A stretch of DNA of 63,850 bases, counting the filler, from Chiloscyllium plagiosum (Eukaryota), in assembly GCF_004010195.1 (NCBI RefSeq). It is 6 parts of one record of this genome, joined end to end, with 100 filler letters (N's around TTAATTAATTAA, not from the genome) between each part and the next. Parts side by side here need not be neighbours in the genome. Positions count along the whole stretch, not along the records: positions 1 to 24,092 come from NC_057710.1; 5 more parts are not named here. The stretch is one strand, 5' to 3'. Made by a program: the position numbers and the translations under genes. Positions 1 to 12,082 of this stretch are shown here, piece after piece; positions within the stretch are counted from its first letter, which is position 1, and each line of letters opens with the position of its first letter. Below the pieces are notes generated by a model. That model was not told the origin of the DNA and made no database searches. It saw only the letters and a program-made list of their open reading frames with translations.

Positions 1-459
1 GGGTGCAGGGAAGATTTACCAGGATGTTGCCTGGAATGGAGAATAGGCCGTACGAGGATAGGTTGATAGTGCTAGGCCTTTTCTCGTTGGAATGGCGAAG
101 GATGAGGGGTGACTTGATCGAGGTTTATAAGATGATCAGAGGAATCGATAGAGTAGACAGTCAGAAACTTTTTCCCCGGGTGCAACAGAGTGTTACAAGG
201 GGACATAAATTTAAGGTGAAAGGTGGAAGGTATAGGGGGGATGTCAGGGGTGGGTTCTTTACCCAGAGAGTGGTGTGGGCATGGAATGCGCTGCCTGTGG
301 GAGTGGTAGAGTCAGAATCTTTGGTGACCTTTAAGCGGCAATTGGATAGGTACATGGATGGGTGCTTAAGCTAGGACAAATGTTCGGCACAACATTGTGG
401 GCCGAAGGGCCTGTTCTGTGCTGTATTGTTCTATGAACTTCTATGAACTTCTATGAACT
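1..459 (+). mobile_element. CR1/HER1-type LINE, 3' end of ORF2 plus 3' UTR and microsatellite tail
   Basis: ORF 3-374 (RRMRGDLIEVYK...TRGHKFK...FFTQRVV.AWNALP) is the CR1 ORF2 C-terminus; 3' UTR gggccgaagggcctgtt; tail (TTCTATGAAC)x3 at about 429-458. Confidence 0.93.
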
Positions 460-958
460 CTATCCCAAGGTGGATAAATTCCCTGAGACCAGAACAGGTG
501 TACCCTCGATCTTTTTGGAAAGTTAGTGAAGTAATAACTGGGACCCTTGCTGAAATTTTTGTATCATCAATGACTATCAATAATCCTTGAAAGGGTTCAG
601 AAAAGATTTATAAATGCTGTCAGGTTTGGAGGGTTTGAGGTACAGGGAGAGGCTGAGTAGGCTGGAGCTATTTTCAGTTGGAGGCTGAGGAGTGACTTTC
701 TAGAAGTTCATAAAATCATGAGAGGTATGCGTAGGGTGAATATCCAGGTCTTATTTGCAGAGTAGGGGAGTCCAAAAGAAGAGGGCATCAGTTTCAGGTG
801 AGAGAAGAAAGATATAAAAGGGACCTAAGGGGCAGCTTCTTCATACAGAGAGTGGTACTTGTATGGAATGAACTGCCAGAGGAAGTGGTGGAGGCTGGTA
901 GAATTATACCATTTAAAAGACATCTGGATGGACATATGAATAGTATGGATTTAGAGGG
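460..958 (+). mobile_element. Degenerate CR1 LINE fragments
   Basis: FFIQRVVLVWNELPEEVVEAG motif in ORF 798-1016. Confidence 0.85.
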
Positions 959-2880
959 CAGCATCCTGGTAAACCTCTTCTGCACCCTTTCCAAAGTCTC
1001 CACATCCTTCCTGTAATGTGGTAACCAGAATTGACTGCACTACTCTCATGTGGCCTAACCAAAGTCTTGTAAAGCTACAACATGACGTCCTGCCTCTAGT
1101 ACTCAATTCCCTGACCAATAAAGGCAAGCGTCCCATACACCTTCTTTACCACTTTATCTACTTGCATGACCATTTTCAGAGAGCTATTGTACTGAACCCC
1201 AAGATAATTCTGTACACCAGTGATGCCCAGGATCCTTCCATTGAGTGTATACTTTTCCTTAACATTTGGTCTCCCAAAGTGCAAAATCTCACACTTATCA
1301 GATTAAAATCCATCTACCATCTTTCTGCCCATATCTGATCTATATCCCACTGTATCATTTGACAAACATCTACACTATTCACAACTCCTCTGATCTTTGT
1401 ATCATCTGCAAACTTAGTAACCCACCCATCTACATTTCCATCTAAGTCATTTATGCATGTATCACAGACAGCAAAAGTCCAAGTACGGATTCCTGCAGAT
1501 ACCACTCGTCAGAGACCTCCAGCCTGAAAAGCACCTTTCCACTACTACCCTCTGTCTTCTGTGGGCAAACTAATTCTGAATCTAAGTGACCAAGTCACCG
1601 TGGATCCCTTTGATCTTCACCTTCTGGATGAGCCTACCATGAGAGACCTTGTTGAAAGCCTTACCAAAATCCATGCAGATAATATCCACTGCTGTACCCT
1701 AATTGATCACCTTTGTCACATCTTCAAAAAATTCAATCAAGTTAGTAAGACATGACCTGCCCTGCACACTGCCATGCTAACTGTCCCTGATTAGATATGC
1801 TTTTCCAAATGCATATAAATCCTATCCCTAAGAATTCTCTCCAATTCCTATTCCTATCCCTAAGAATTCGCTTCTCAACCTCCTGATGTGAGACACACCA
1901 GTCTATAATTTCCTGGATTATGCCTATTTCCCTTCTTGAACAGAAGAAAATCATTAGCTACTCGCCAGTCCTCTGGCACTCTCCAGTGGCTAGTGCGGAT
2001 ACAAAAATCTTGGTCAAGACCCCAACAATCTTCTCTCTTGCCTGTCCCAATAACCTGGGGTAGATTCCATCAGGCTCTTGGGACCTATCCACCTTAATGC
2101 TCTTCAAGAGACCCAATGCCACTACTTTCTTGATTTCAAAGTGTCCTGGCATGCTAGCATACTCCACACTAATCCTATTATCCTCAATGTCCTTCATCTA
2201 GGTGAATACAGATGCAAAGTACTCATTCGGAATCTTGCCCACATTCTGTGCCTCCAAGCATAAGTTTCCTCCTTTACCCTTGAGTGGTCTTACTTTCTCC
2301 CTAGTTATCCTCTTGGTTTTGATGTATGTATAGAATGCCTTGGGATTCTGTTTTACCCCACTTAACAAGGTCATTTCATGGCCCCTTCTTGCTTTCCTAA
2401 TTCCCTGCTTAAGTTATTTCCTGTTTTCTGCAGTTTCCTCATGGGTCCAATGCAATTTTAGCTTTCTAAATGTTATATATGCTTTTTTTCTCTTTTTGAC
2501 TAAATTCACAACCTTCCTTGTTATTCAAGGATCCTGTACCTTGACATCCTTGTCATTCCTCCTTACTGGAATGTACTGGTCCTGAACTCTCATCAGCAGA
2601 TCTTTAAACAACTCCCACATGTTAAATGTCAACTTGCCTAACTGCTCCACCCAATTAACACTTGTTGCCCCTTCATAATACTGTTGTAATTAGCCTTCCC
2701 CCAATTTAATACCTTTCCATAAGGTCCTTTTTCATCCTTACTTATAGTTATCTTAAAACTTAAGGAGCTGTGATTACTGTTTCCAAAATGGTTCCTACAG
2801 AGAGGTCAGTCACCAGGTCAGGCTCATGAACCAATACAAAGTCTGATATGGTCCCTCCTCTCATTGGACAATCCACATGA
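959..2880 (-). mobile_element. CR1 LINE ORF2 (RT and linker), decayed
   Basis: INDLD...KFADDTK, KVDRSQEPDGIYPRLL and MHFGRPN motifs across frameshifted ORFs. Confidence 0.92.
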
Positions 2881-2948
2881 ACATAAGAACTAATTCCTTT
2901 ATTGTTAAAGAAAAATCTATCTTAGCTTTAAAAATGTTTGCTGAAGTA

Positions 2949-3272
2949 GGGCGGCACGGTGGCACAGTGGTTAGCACTGCTGCCTCACAGCGCCAGAGAC
3001 CCGGGTTCAATTCCTGCCTCGGGCGACTGTCTGTGTGGAGTTTGCACATTCTCCCCGTGTCTACGTGGGTTTCCTCCGGGTGCTCTGGTTTACTCCCACA
3101 GTCCAAAAATGTGCAGGTTAGGTGAATTGGCCATGCTAAATTGCCCGTAGTGTTAGGTGAAGGGGTAAATGTAGGGGAATGGGTCTGGGTGGGTGCGCTT
3201 CGGCGGGTCAGTGTGGACTTGTTGGGCCGAAGGGCCTGTTTCCACACTGTAAGTAATCTAATCTCTAATCTA
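2949..3272 (+). mobile_element. HE1-like tRNA-derived V-SINE, full length
   Basis: A box TGGCACAGTGG, B box GGTTCAATTCC, V-domain TGTGTGGAGTTTGCACATTCTCCCCGTG...GGTTTCCTCCGGGTGCTC, CR1-like tail ending in TAATC repeats. Confidence 0.9.
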
Positions 3273-3282
3273 CTTCACTAGG

Positions 3283-3424
3283 CAAGGAATTCCTGATGAA
3301 GGGCTTCGGCCCGAAATGTCGATTTTCAGGCTCATCGGATGCTGCCTGACCTGCTATGCTTTTCCAGCAACACACTCTCAACTCTGATTTGCATCTGCAG
3401 ACCTCACTGTCTCCAAGGAATTCC
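3283..3424 (+). mobile_element. Penelope-like element terminus (family A) with decayed hammerhead motif, inserted in a CR1
   Basis: CTGATGA-A-GGGC-TTCG-GCCC-GAAATGTC at 3293-3320; direct repeat CAAGGAATTCC at 3283-3293 and 3414-3424. Confidence 0.8.
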
Positions 3425-3900
3425 ATAGATTTACAACCCTCTCGGTGAAGAAGTTCCTTCTCAATTCAGTCCTAAATTTGCTCCCTCTAAACTTGAGGCT
3501 ATGCCGTCTCGTCCTAGTTTCACCTGCCAGTGGAAACATCCTCTATACTTCTATTTTATCTATTTCCTTCATAATTTTATGTGTTTTTATAGGATTCCCC
3601 TTGTTATTCTAAATTGTAATGAATATAATCCCAGTCTACACAGTCTCTCCTCATACGTCAACCCCCTCAACTCTGGAATCAGCTTTGTTTAACTCCTCTG
3701 CACACCCACTAGTGCCAGGACATCCTTTCTCAAATAGGGAGACCAAAACTGCATGCAGGACTCCAGATGTGGCCTCACCAGTACCCTGAACAGCTACAAC
3801 ATGAAGTCCCTGCCTTTAAACTCAATCTCTTTAGCAATGAAGGACAAAATTCCATTTGCTTTCCTAATTACATGTTGTTCCTGCAGACCAACCTTCAGCT
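3425..3900 (-). mobile_element. CR1 LINE 3' region
   Basis: Reverse-complement similarity to the other CR1 ORF2 C-termini in the window. Confidence 0.75.
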
Positions 3901-4174
3901 GTTTCATGAAATCCTCTTGATTGTATTCAACAAATTCTGCCCTATCCTAGCCTCTTGCTCTAACAAACTCCTAGTCAATATTGCAAGAGTTGAAGTCACA
4001 GCTATGACAACCCTGTTGTTCAAGTATCTTCCCATAATCTGCTAATATATTTGTGCCTCAATGTCTCAGTGGCTATTGGGGTCTTTTAGTATAAGTGATT
4101 GCACCCATCTTTTATTTGAGCTGTTCCAATATTAAAGGAGCTCTGCCCATTTTGAGTTCTACCCATACCTCAAG

Positions 4175-4270
4175 GACATGTGACTCCTGACCCACAGCAA
4201 TGCAGTTGCCCTCTGGCAATAATGTTGGCCTAGCCAACAATGCCCATGTGGAATGAATAAAATTAAAAGA
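4175..4270 (+). mobile_element. 3' tail of a second SINE/LINE family
   Basis: ggcaataatgttggcctagccaacaatgcccat...aatgaataaaa resembles the tails at about 13590-13650 and 30205-30265. Confidence 0.55.
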
Positions 4271-4689
4271 AAGATTGTTGCATTTTCTTTCTCTGGGAGA
4301 GTGATCTTAAAGAGGAATCTGAGTCCCATGTTTAGCAATGCAAATCGATCTTTATTCAGAACATGTTACAACGCAGCGTGGGAGAGGTCTTTAGGACACA
4401 CTGCCTTTCTCAATAAAATACAGGATATTTTTAGATTCTGCATTATATCATTGCATTCAAATTTGACATTGTTTACCCTTTGACCGTTATGCTCCTCCTC
4501 ACACATTCGGCAGTTGCACCATACTGAGTGGGTGCTGTTTGTTAGCTTGTGAAACTGTGATTGTTTATTTTCTCAAGGTCATAATGACTAAGTAATGTTT
4601 TGCAGTTGCCCCCAACACAAAATTGTATCCTTTCACAAGGTTATATGTTTATATCCATTATTATAGGTGATTTGGTTTTTGGTTTCATA

Positions 4690-4742
4690 TTATTTGTACT
4701 TCAGTTCCACCTGCTGACAGGATAGGGACTTATTTTTGTTAT
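4690..4742 (-). CDS. Candidate terminal coding exon of the ADAM gene (NKNKSLSCQQVELKYK*)
   Basis: Minus-strand acceptor ...ggcttcAG, open in phase 1, AT-rich downstream sequence with AATAAA (plus-strand tttatt 4564-4569); phase matches candidate exon 4839-4873. No homology evidence. Confidence 0.3.
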
Positions 4743-4838
4743 CTGAAGCCATTTGTCGAAAGGAATTCAGGAAAATTCCTTAATATTAGTTTATTTGTTG
4801 CACTCATACCTACATGTATAATATGTAATGACACTTAC

Positions 4839-4873
4839 TTAGAGCAGGACCAGGCTTTCCCTTCTGCACTTCA
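4839..4873 (-). CDS. Candidate 35-nt cytoplasmic-tail exon of the ADAM gene (EVQKGKPGPAL)
   Basis: Acceptor cttgctatttAG, consensus donor GTAAGT; phase 2 in and phase 1 out, fitting the TM exon donor and the 4742 acceptor. Confidence 0.3.
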
Positions 4874-5099
4874 CTAAATAGCAAGATTTCTCTTTCCTAC
4901 TAAGATTTATATGAAGCACTTATTATCTGGTTGCCACGAAGACGAAGAGTATGATTCTGACTGTGGAAGCTGCTGCCTTAACTAACAGTTCTCTTCAGCT
5001 ATGGGCTAATCTGACAATCCCCCCTTTTAGCTCTTGGCATGTCATGGCATTGACCCAAGCCATAATGTCTGTTTTCCCAATATTTGCCTCCTGATCCTC

Positions 5100-6125
5100 C
5101 CAATTGGTCCTCCTGGGAGCAGATGCGGCATAGGCGAAGGAATTGGGAATATGGGATGGCATTTTTACAGGGGGCTGGGTAGCTGCCACTCTGCCCCCTG
5201 TAAAATTGCCATCCCATATTCCCAATGCCTTCGCCTTTGCCGCATCTGCTCCCAGGAGGACCAATTCCAATACGGAACAACNNNNNNNNNNNNNNNNNNN
5301 NNNNNNNNNNNNNNNNNNNNNNNNNNNNNNNNNNNNNNNNNNNNNNNNNNNNNNNNNNNNNNNNNNNNNNNNNNNNNNNNNNNNNNNNNNNNNNNNNNNN
5401 NNNNNNNNNNNNNNNNNNNNNNNNNNNNNNNNNNNNNNNNNNNNNNNNNNNNNNNNNNNNNNNNNNNNNNNNNNNNNNNNNNNNNNNNNNNNNNNNNNNN
5501 NNNNNNNNNNNNNNNNNNNNNNNNNNNNNNNNNNNNNNNNNNNNNNNNNNNNNNNNNNNNNNNNNNNNNNNNNNNNNNNNNNNNNNNNNNNNNNNNNNNN
5601 NNNNNNNNNNNNNNNNNNNNNNNNNNNNNNNNNNNNNNNNNNNNNNNNNNNNNNNNNNNNNNNNNNNNNNNNNNNNNNNNNNNNNNNNNNNNNNNNNNNN
5701 NNNNNNNNNNNNNNNNNNNNNNNNNNNNNNNNNNNNNNNNNNNNNNNNNNNNNNNNNNNNNNNNNNNNNNNNNNNNNNNNNNNNNNNNNNNNNNNNNNNN
5801 NNNNNNNNNNNNNNNNNNNNNNNNNNNNNNNNNNNNNNNNNNNNNNNNNNNNNNNNNNNNNNNNNNNNNNNNNNNNNNNNNNNNNNNNNNNNNNNNNNNN
5901 NNNNNNNNNNNNNNNNNNNNNNNNNNNNNNNNNNNNNNNNNNNNNNNNNNNNNNNNNNNNNNNNNNNNNNNNNNNNNNNNNCCAAGTCCCTCCTCCCTAC
6001 CTTTTATCTTAGCCTGCTTGGCACACCCTCCTCATTCCTGAAGAACGGCTTATGCCCGAAACGTCGATTCTCCTTCTCCTTTGATGCTGCCTGATCTGCT
6101 GTGCTTTTCCAGCAACACATTTTTA
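5100..6125 (+). mobile_element. Penelope-like element (family A) with 5' fold-back, spanning a gap
   Basis: CKIAIPYSQCLRLCRICS is a PLE RT C-terminal motif; inverted repeat 5102-5266; 3' terminus 5982-6125 with hammerhead core at 6038-6065. Confidence 0.8.
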
Positions 6126-6431
6126 TGTTATGCTTAACTGGTGACAAGTTATGTATGGACTTAAATGAGTCTGCACCTCTTAGTTCATTTTTATCCATTT
6201 TATGGCTATTACTTCAATACTCTTCCATTTCTGTCTCCTCCTCACCAATATCAAAAGTCAGTTTTTCTTTGGATTATGTGTCAATGGCATATCATTTAAA
6301 TAATGTTTTTGTGCTCTTCCGGGCCACGCTAATAATTTGTTAAGTAGATGTACTTGTCTGAGGACTATTCTTCAATGGATTTTGGCCATGTATTACTTCA
6401 CTACTTCAGATGTAGCAACCACCACTGCACT

Positions 6432-7263
6432 TGTTATGAAGTTGAAGATATGTACCATACCTTTAAGAGAGAGAGAATGCAGTTCTAAACTGAGAGCTTA
6501 CAAGCACCTATATACATGACTAGATGATGGCCTCAGAGTGTACTGGAAAATTGAAAATATGCAACATTTGGCTGTGAAATGGATACCTAAGTTTTAGATA
6601 CTGTTTCCACAACAGTTAGAATTTAACCAATCAGTTTGATTTGCCCCAGGATACTAAAACTCAACTCCGTGTAAATATATTGTTTTTCCAACATTGAGCC
6701 AATAAGATGATCTGATTGGGGGGGGGGGGGGGGGCAGAGGGAAACAGTATATAAAATGCAGACATTTTGAAACTTGGTCAGAGAGCAACGGCCATAGAAA
6801 GAGGAGCTCATAGAGAGTTAATTTCCATACAACATCTTGCTCCCAAAGAAATTAGAAAACACTCTCTATCAAGTGTACCTTTTCATATGAAACATACTCA
6901 CACTAAAAAGAAAGAGATGTCCCATGGAGATCCTCAGCCGGAAGAAGACATGAAAGAAGACAGTGGCTGTGTGGTTTTGAAATTAAGTCGATGTAATTGT
7001 AATAAGTGTCTTATTGGAACAACATATTGTTTTGGAGTTGGAGGCAGATAATAAACATTTAAGATAAAGGGTGGCAGAGAGTTGTGAATAGTTGTTGTTT
7101 AATGTTCACTTTTAGAGTTAAAAAAATAAATTGATATTACTTTCTTTAAATGATGGAACTTGGAAGTTCTCTGTCACTCATATTTTAACAGATTATGAGG
7201 CAAGATGAACTTTTCTGGGTGTTTGACTTAACTAACAGAGGGGTTCACCTCCTTGTTGTAACA
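6432..7263 (+). repeat. Putative 5' LTR of Gypsy element 1
   Basis: Starts TGTTATG (start uncertain), ends TGTAACA; contains CCAAT boxes, TATATAAA and AATAAA; followed by a degenerate tRNA-Pro PBS (ttagggcctcgagtccgagat, about 7267-7287). Confidence 0.65.
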
Positions 7264-7669
7264 AGTTTAGGGCCTCGAGTCCGAGATTTGGGCAACTTTA
7301 GATAGAGCCAGTCAGGGATTTGAACAGATTTGGGGTATGAAAGATTCCTGTAGATTCAGACACTTGCCGATTAGTATCCTAGATTTTTAAATAAAACATT
7401 GCTAAGAATTTTTTAAAAAATTTGGTTACTTGTGGTTGATTAAATTACAAGTGAGGGAAATACCTCTTAACATTGCTAAAGAGGTTCTGGAGTTTGAAGA
7501 TGGCTCCCAGATTTGCCAAGAAATGTTAGAAAGGCAGAGGAAGAATACACTTTTAGAATTAGCAAATAGGTTCGAACTGAATTTAACCAGGGACAAAAGG
7601 AAAGCTGAAATTGTAATGGAGTTGGTCAAGTACTTAGGTGTATCAGAGAAACAGACAAGTGTAGTATAG

Positions 7670-7843
7670 ATTAAATTAGATTAGATTAGATTAGATGAGA
7701 TTACAGTGTGGAAACAGGCCCTTCGGCCCAACAAGTCCACACTGACCCGCCGAAGCGAAACCCACCCATACCCCGACATTTACCCCTTACCTAACACTAC
7801 GGGCAATTTAGTATGGCCAATTCACCTGACCCTGCACATCTTT
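7670..7843 (-). mobile_element. 5'-truncated HE1 SINE inserted in Gypsy gag
   Basis: (GATTA)n tail plus 3' half of HE1; flanking GTATAG direct repeat. Confidence 0.85.
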
Positions 7844-9269
7844 GTATAGTCAGAAAAACTTAAATTACAATTGAGGAAAATGGAGTTAGAAGATAAAGAA
7901 ATGGAAAGAAGAACCATGTTAGAGAGGAAAAAAAAGGAGAGAAGGATTTTAGTTGAACAAAGAGAGACAGGAGAAAGAGAGAGAATTTGAACTTCAGAAA
8001 TTGTGAATTAGTCAGGAAAGTCAAGTTAACAGGATGAAAATGAAGGGAGAAGGTAGTGATATATACAAATATGTTAAAACATTGCCACATTTTGATGAGA
8101 AAGATGTTGAAGCCTTTCTTATTTCATTTGAAAAATTGGCTGAGCAGATGAAGTGGCCAGAGAACTTATGTAAAGCTAGTTCAGACTAAGCTGGTAGGCA
8201 GAGTTTGTGAGGGGTCAAGAGATTATGCAGATATCAAGCAGGCTATTTTGAGTGCTTATGAATTGGTACCAGAAGCGTATAGACAATGGTACAGAAACAC
8301 ATAGAAGGAACCAGGTCAGACTTATGTTGAATTTGAAAGAATAAAACACAGGAATTTTGATAGAAGGGTGCAAGCCTTAAAAATAGGTAAGACCTGTGAG
8401 GCTCTAAGAGATTATTCTGCTGGAGGAGTTTAAAAACTCACCTCCAGAGATGATAAGAATTCATGTGGATGAACAAAATGTTAAAAAAGCTTGAAAAGTG
8501 GCAGAGATGGCAGGTGAATATGCATTGATGCACAAGGGGAAATTTAGCTTCCAGCAGGAATTTCATCCTGTGAGGAACAGAAATTGGGAGAAGGGGAGAT
8601 CCTACAAAACAAAGAGTAGATCATATTGGTAATAGTTTACCACAGGTGAAAAACAAAACCCAACAGGGTGGAAAGGAGGTGAAAGGCCTCAGGTGTTTTC
8701 ATTGTAATAGAGTGTGACACACAAAATTACAATACCAATGATTTAAGAAGGGCACTGGGAAAAGGTGTTTTCACTGTCAGAAGGTGGGACAGATAAAGTC
8801 ACGGTGTTGGTCGTTAAAGAAAGCCACTGTAGGAAAAGATGTGGTAAAAGAGACAAAGCCAGTGGCATTAGTGAAAGTAATAAAGGGAACCCCAAGAAAA
8901 GTTGCAGCAGGGGCTGGATATTGAGTTAGTGCCTGATCTCTATAAAGACTTTACCTCTATGGGTAATGTTTACTCAGAAAGAACAGGGGAGAAGGGAAAG
9001 AAGTTATAATTTTGAGAGATACAGGATCTAATCAGCCTCTAATAGTAAGAGATGAAAGTATTTGCACTCTTTCTGACATGTTCCCAAGAGAGTGGTAATT
9101 TGTGGAATAGATGGACTGACATTTAGTATTCCCCTGTTTAAGATCGGTTTGGAGAGCCAAATCAAGTCTGGAGAAGTAACTGTGGGAGTAATTGAAAGAG
9201 TGTCAGTTCCAGGAATACAGTTTATTCTGAGGAATAATTTAGCAGGATCCAAGGTAGGAGTGATGCCTA

Positions 9270-9640
9270 CAGACTCTGTGCACGCTCTATCTGGCTATTC
9301 ACTGGGTACTCCATCCTCAGATCTGTAGCTCCAGTTCCCACACCCCTGCCCAAGTAGTTTAAACTCTCCCAAAGAGCTCGACCAAATCTCCTGCCCAGGA
9401 TATTACTGCCCCTCGAGTTCAGGTCCAACCCATCCTCTTTGTACAGATCACAGAAGGTATCCTAATGATCCACAAATCTGAAGCCCTCCCTCCTCCACAC
9501 ATTTATCTGCACTCACTCTCTGTTTGTAGCCTCACTAGCCCGTGGCACCTGGCAATCCTGAATTACTACTCTGTTCATCCTGCCTTTTAGCTTCCAACCG
9601 AGTTCACTTTATTCTCTTTTCAGGTCCTCATCTCTTTTCG
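9270..9640 (-). mobile_element. CR1 ORF1/ORF2 junction fragment nested in Gypsy pol
   Basis: Similar to the minus-strand ORF1 copies at 32040-32330 and 61290-61560. Confidence 0.65.
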
Positions 9641-11023
9641 TAAAGACAGGAAATATTACAGGTAGTACATTAATTACCAGAAGGAGGTTATCTAGGTATG
9701 AGGAAGACTCATGCTAAGGTACAAAAGCACTTTTATTAGCCTGGACTGGGAAGGAATGTGTTTAAGTTTTCCCGTACATGCCATGCTTACCACATTGGTA
9801 GGTAAGCCACGGGGCAGTAATAAAACCAGCACCTTTGTTGCTAATTCCTGCATTCGAAGAACCCTTCACATAGGTTATGATTGATTGTGTAGATCCTCTC
9901 CTTGAAACTAAAAATGGGAATGAGTACTTGCTAACCATAATGGATGTGTCTACCAGATTTCCAGAGACAATTCAATTTTGGAGTATTAAGACAAAAAGAG
10001 TGGTGCAAGAGTTAGTAGCATTGTTTACACAGTATGGGCTACTCAGTGAGATTCAGTCAGGCCAAGAGTCTAATTTTCCTGCTAGACAATTTAAGGAAGT
10101 CATGGATAGCTTAGGCACGCAGCACTTTAAATCAAGTAAGTACCATCCTGAATCCCAGGGAGCTTTGGAAAGCTTTGGCTACATACTCTGAAGATCATAT
10201 TAAGAACGTATTGTCAGGATTATCCGAATGATTTGGATGAAGGAATCTCATTCGTATTGTTTGCCATTACAGATGCCCCAAACAAATCTACTCAGTTTAC
10301 TCCCTCTGACTTAATATTCAGACATGAAGTGAGAGGGCCTTTGAAATTAATTCAAGAAAAAATGACAGGACCAAAGTTAGAGATCTCACACTTCAATTTT
10401 ATATCTGAGGTGAGGGAGAGATTAAATTGGGTATGTGAGTTAGCTAAACAGCACCTGAAGAGGGCACAGCATAGAATGAAGCAGGTGCCAGATAAAAACT
10501 CTGAAATTCTGACTTTTTCCTGTGGGAATGACGTATTAGCATTGTTAATAGGAGATCTAGAAGTGGTCGGAGATCTCTTCAGAGCCAAGTTTAGTTGTCT
10601 CTATCAAATTGAGAAAAAGTTAAGTTCAGTAAACTATCTGGGAAAGATGCCGGTTGGAAAAAAAACTATTGGGCATGTCATGTGAATATGTTGAACCCTT
10701 AATATAATAGGGAACTGGAGAAACAGATATTAGTTACTGCCCTGTAGGATGAGAAATCATATCCAGATGCTGTTTAATTTGATGTGCCTCAAAATATATT
10801 ACATAATGAGGAAGTCCTTGAAGACTGGGATAGGTTAGTAAGCTATCTGTCTCAGGAGCAAAAAACCAAGTTGAAAGGTTTGTTGCAGCAGTATGAGAAC
10901 AGATGCAGGAATAAAATGGGGAGGACTAATATTATTGCATGGGAGTTGCAAGTAGGGAATGTTGTTCTGATAAAACATCACCCCTACAGGCTTAATCCTT
11001 TCAAAGCCATAAAGGTCCAGAAG

Positions 11024-11210
11024 GCAATTTTGAGGGATCTGTGGACCCTAAGATCCCTCTGTTCCTCCACACTGCCAAGAATCCTGCCTTTAATCCCGTA
11101 TTCGAATTATACTTTCCAGACTGAATAATTTCACACTTTTCCAGCTGGAACTCCATCTGCCACTTATCTGCCCAGTTCTGTTTCCTTTCAATGTCCCGTT
11201 ACAACTTGAA
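11024..11210 (-). mobile_element. CR1 RT fragment nested in Gypsy RT
   Basis: Plus-strand text matches other antisense CR1 RT copies (RDLWT..SLCSSTLPRILPL). Confidence 0.8.
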
Positions 11211-11214
11211 ACAT

Positions 11215-11332
11215 AGCTATAAACTCTGTATCTTATACTCCACAATCACCGATGAAGGAGCAGTGCTCCGAAAGCTAGTGCGTCCGATTAAGGCCTGTTG
11301 GACTATAGCCTGGTGTTGTGTGATTTTTAACT
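11215..11332 (+). mobile_element. Penelope-like terminus (family B) with decayed hammerhead motif
   Basis: cac-CGATGA-A-GGAGC-AGT-GCTCC-GAAAGCTA-gtg; downstream tgttggactata.cctggtgt is shared with 34213-34292. Confidence 0.7.
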
Positions 11333-12082
11333 TAATGCCACGATTGAAGGACTGTATAGAGAATGTTGGTCAAGCCACTTACATCATGAAGTTGGACTTA
11401 CTGCATGGTTATTGCAGGTAGTTTTACCACAAAAGTGAAATAAGGTTCTGTGTTTGTAATTGCAAATTGACCACATCAATTCAAAGTAATGCCCTTTGGA
11501 AAGAAGAACGCAACAGCCACATTCCAAAGACTCATGAACAGAGTTATAGCTGGATTAACAAATTGCAGTTTTTCTGGATGATGTAGTGATCTTTAGCAAG
11601 TCATGAAAAGATCACATGGTAAATTGGCAGAGATCTTTGAATGGTTAAGAGAAACAAAACTGGTAATAAACTTAAAGGAAACAGAATTCACAAAGGCAGA
11701 GGTGATGTTCTTGGAACATAACATCGGTCATGGAAGGTTGACCCCAAGGAACACAAAGACGAAAGCCATCGACGAAGTTCCATGACTAACCTCGAAGAAA
11801 GAGGTGCTTTGATGTTTTGGACTAAGAGATTTCTACTGGACGTTTGTTCCAAACTTCAGCAGCATGGTGGCACCTCAAAAGGATTTACTAAAGAACACAA
11901 AATTTTGGTGGATAGAAAAATGGCAGGAGACATTTGAAAAATTAAAAGCTGTACTAACCACCGCACCAGTTTATCTACACCAAAAGTTTTGAAACCCTTC
12001 AAAGTTGCAATCAATGCTAGCGATATAGGAGTTTCTACAGGAAGATGATGATGGAATTTACCGGCTATTGGCTACTTTTCAA

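Larger units (their letters stand above)
6432..12082 (+). mobile_element. Gmr1-like Ty3/Gypsy LTR retrotransposon (gag-PR-INT-RT-RH), decayed, no 3' LTR found
   Basis: Gag LPHFDEKDVEAF and SCAN-like YELVPEAYRQ..LLEEFKN; two knuckle remnants (CFHC) at about 8694 and 8766; protease LRDTGS at about 9012; integrase MIDCVDPL..LLTIMDVSTRFPE..YHPESQGALE at 9.7-10.7 kb; RT HPYRLNP, KLDLLHGY, FKVMPFG, FLDDVVIF at 10.9-11.8 kb; RNase H PFKVAINASD at about 12000. Confidence 0.9.

Noticed and set aside
2949..3020. tRNA gene-like A and B boxes
   Set aside because: They are the head of an HE1 SINE, continuous with the V-domain and tail
4999..6094. Long ORFs (226-335 aa) here and at 18048-18968
   Set aside because: They consist almost entirely of X residues from gaps
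6717..6734. Poly-G tract (possible G-quadruplex); poly-C at about 13153
   Set aside because: Simple homopolymer expansion inside repeats, with no evidence of function
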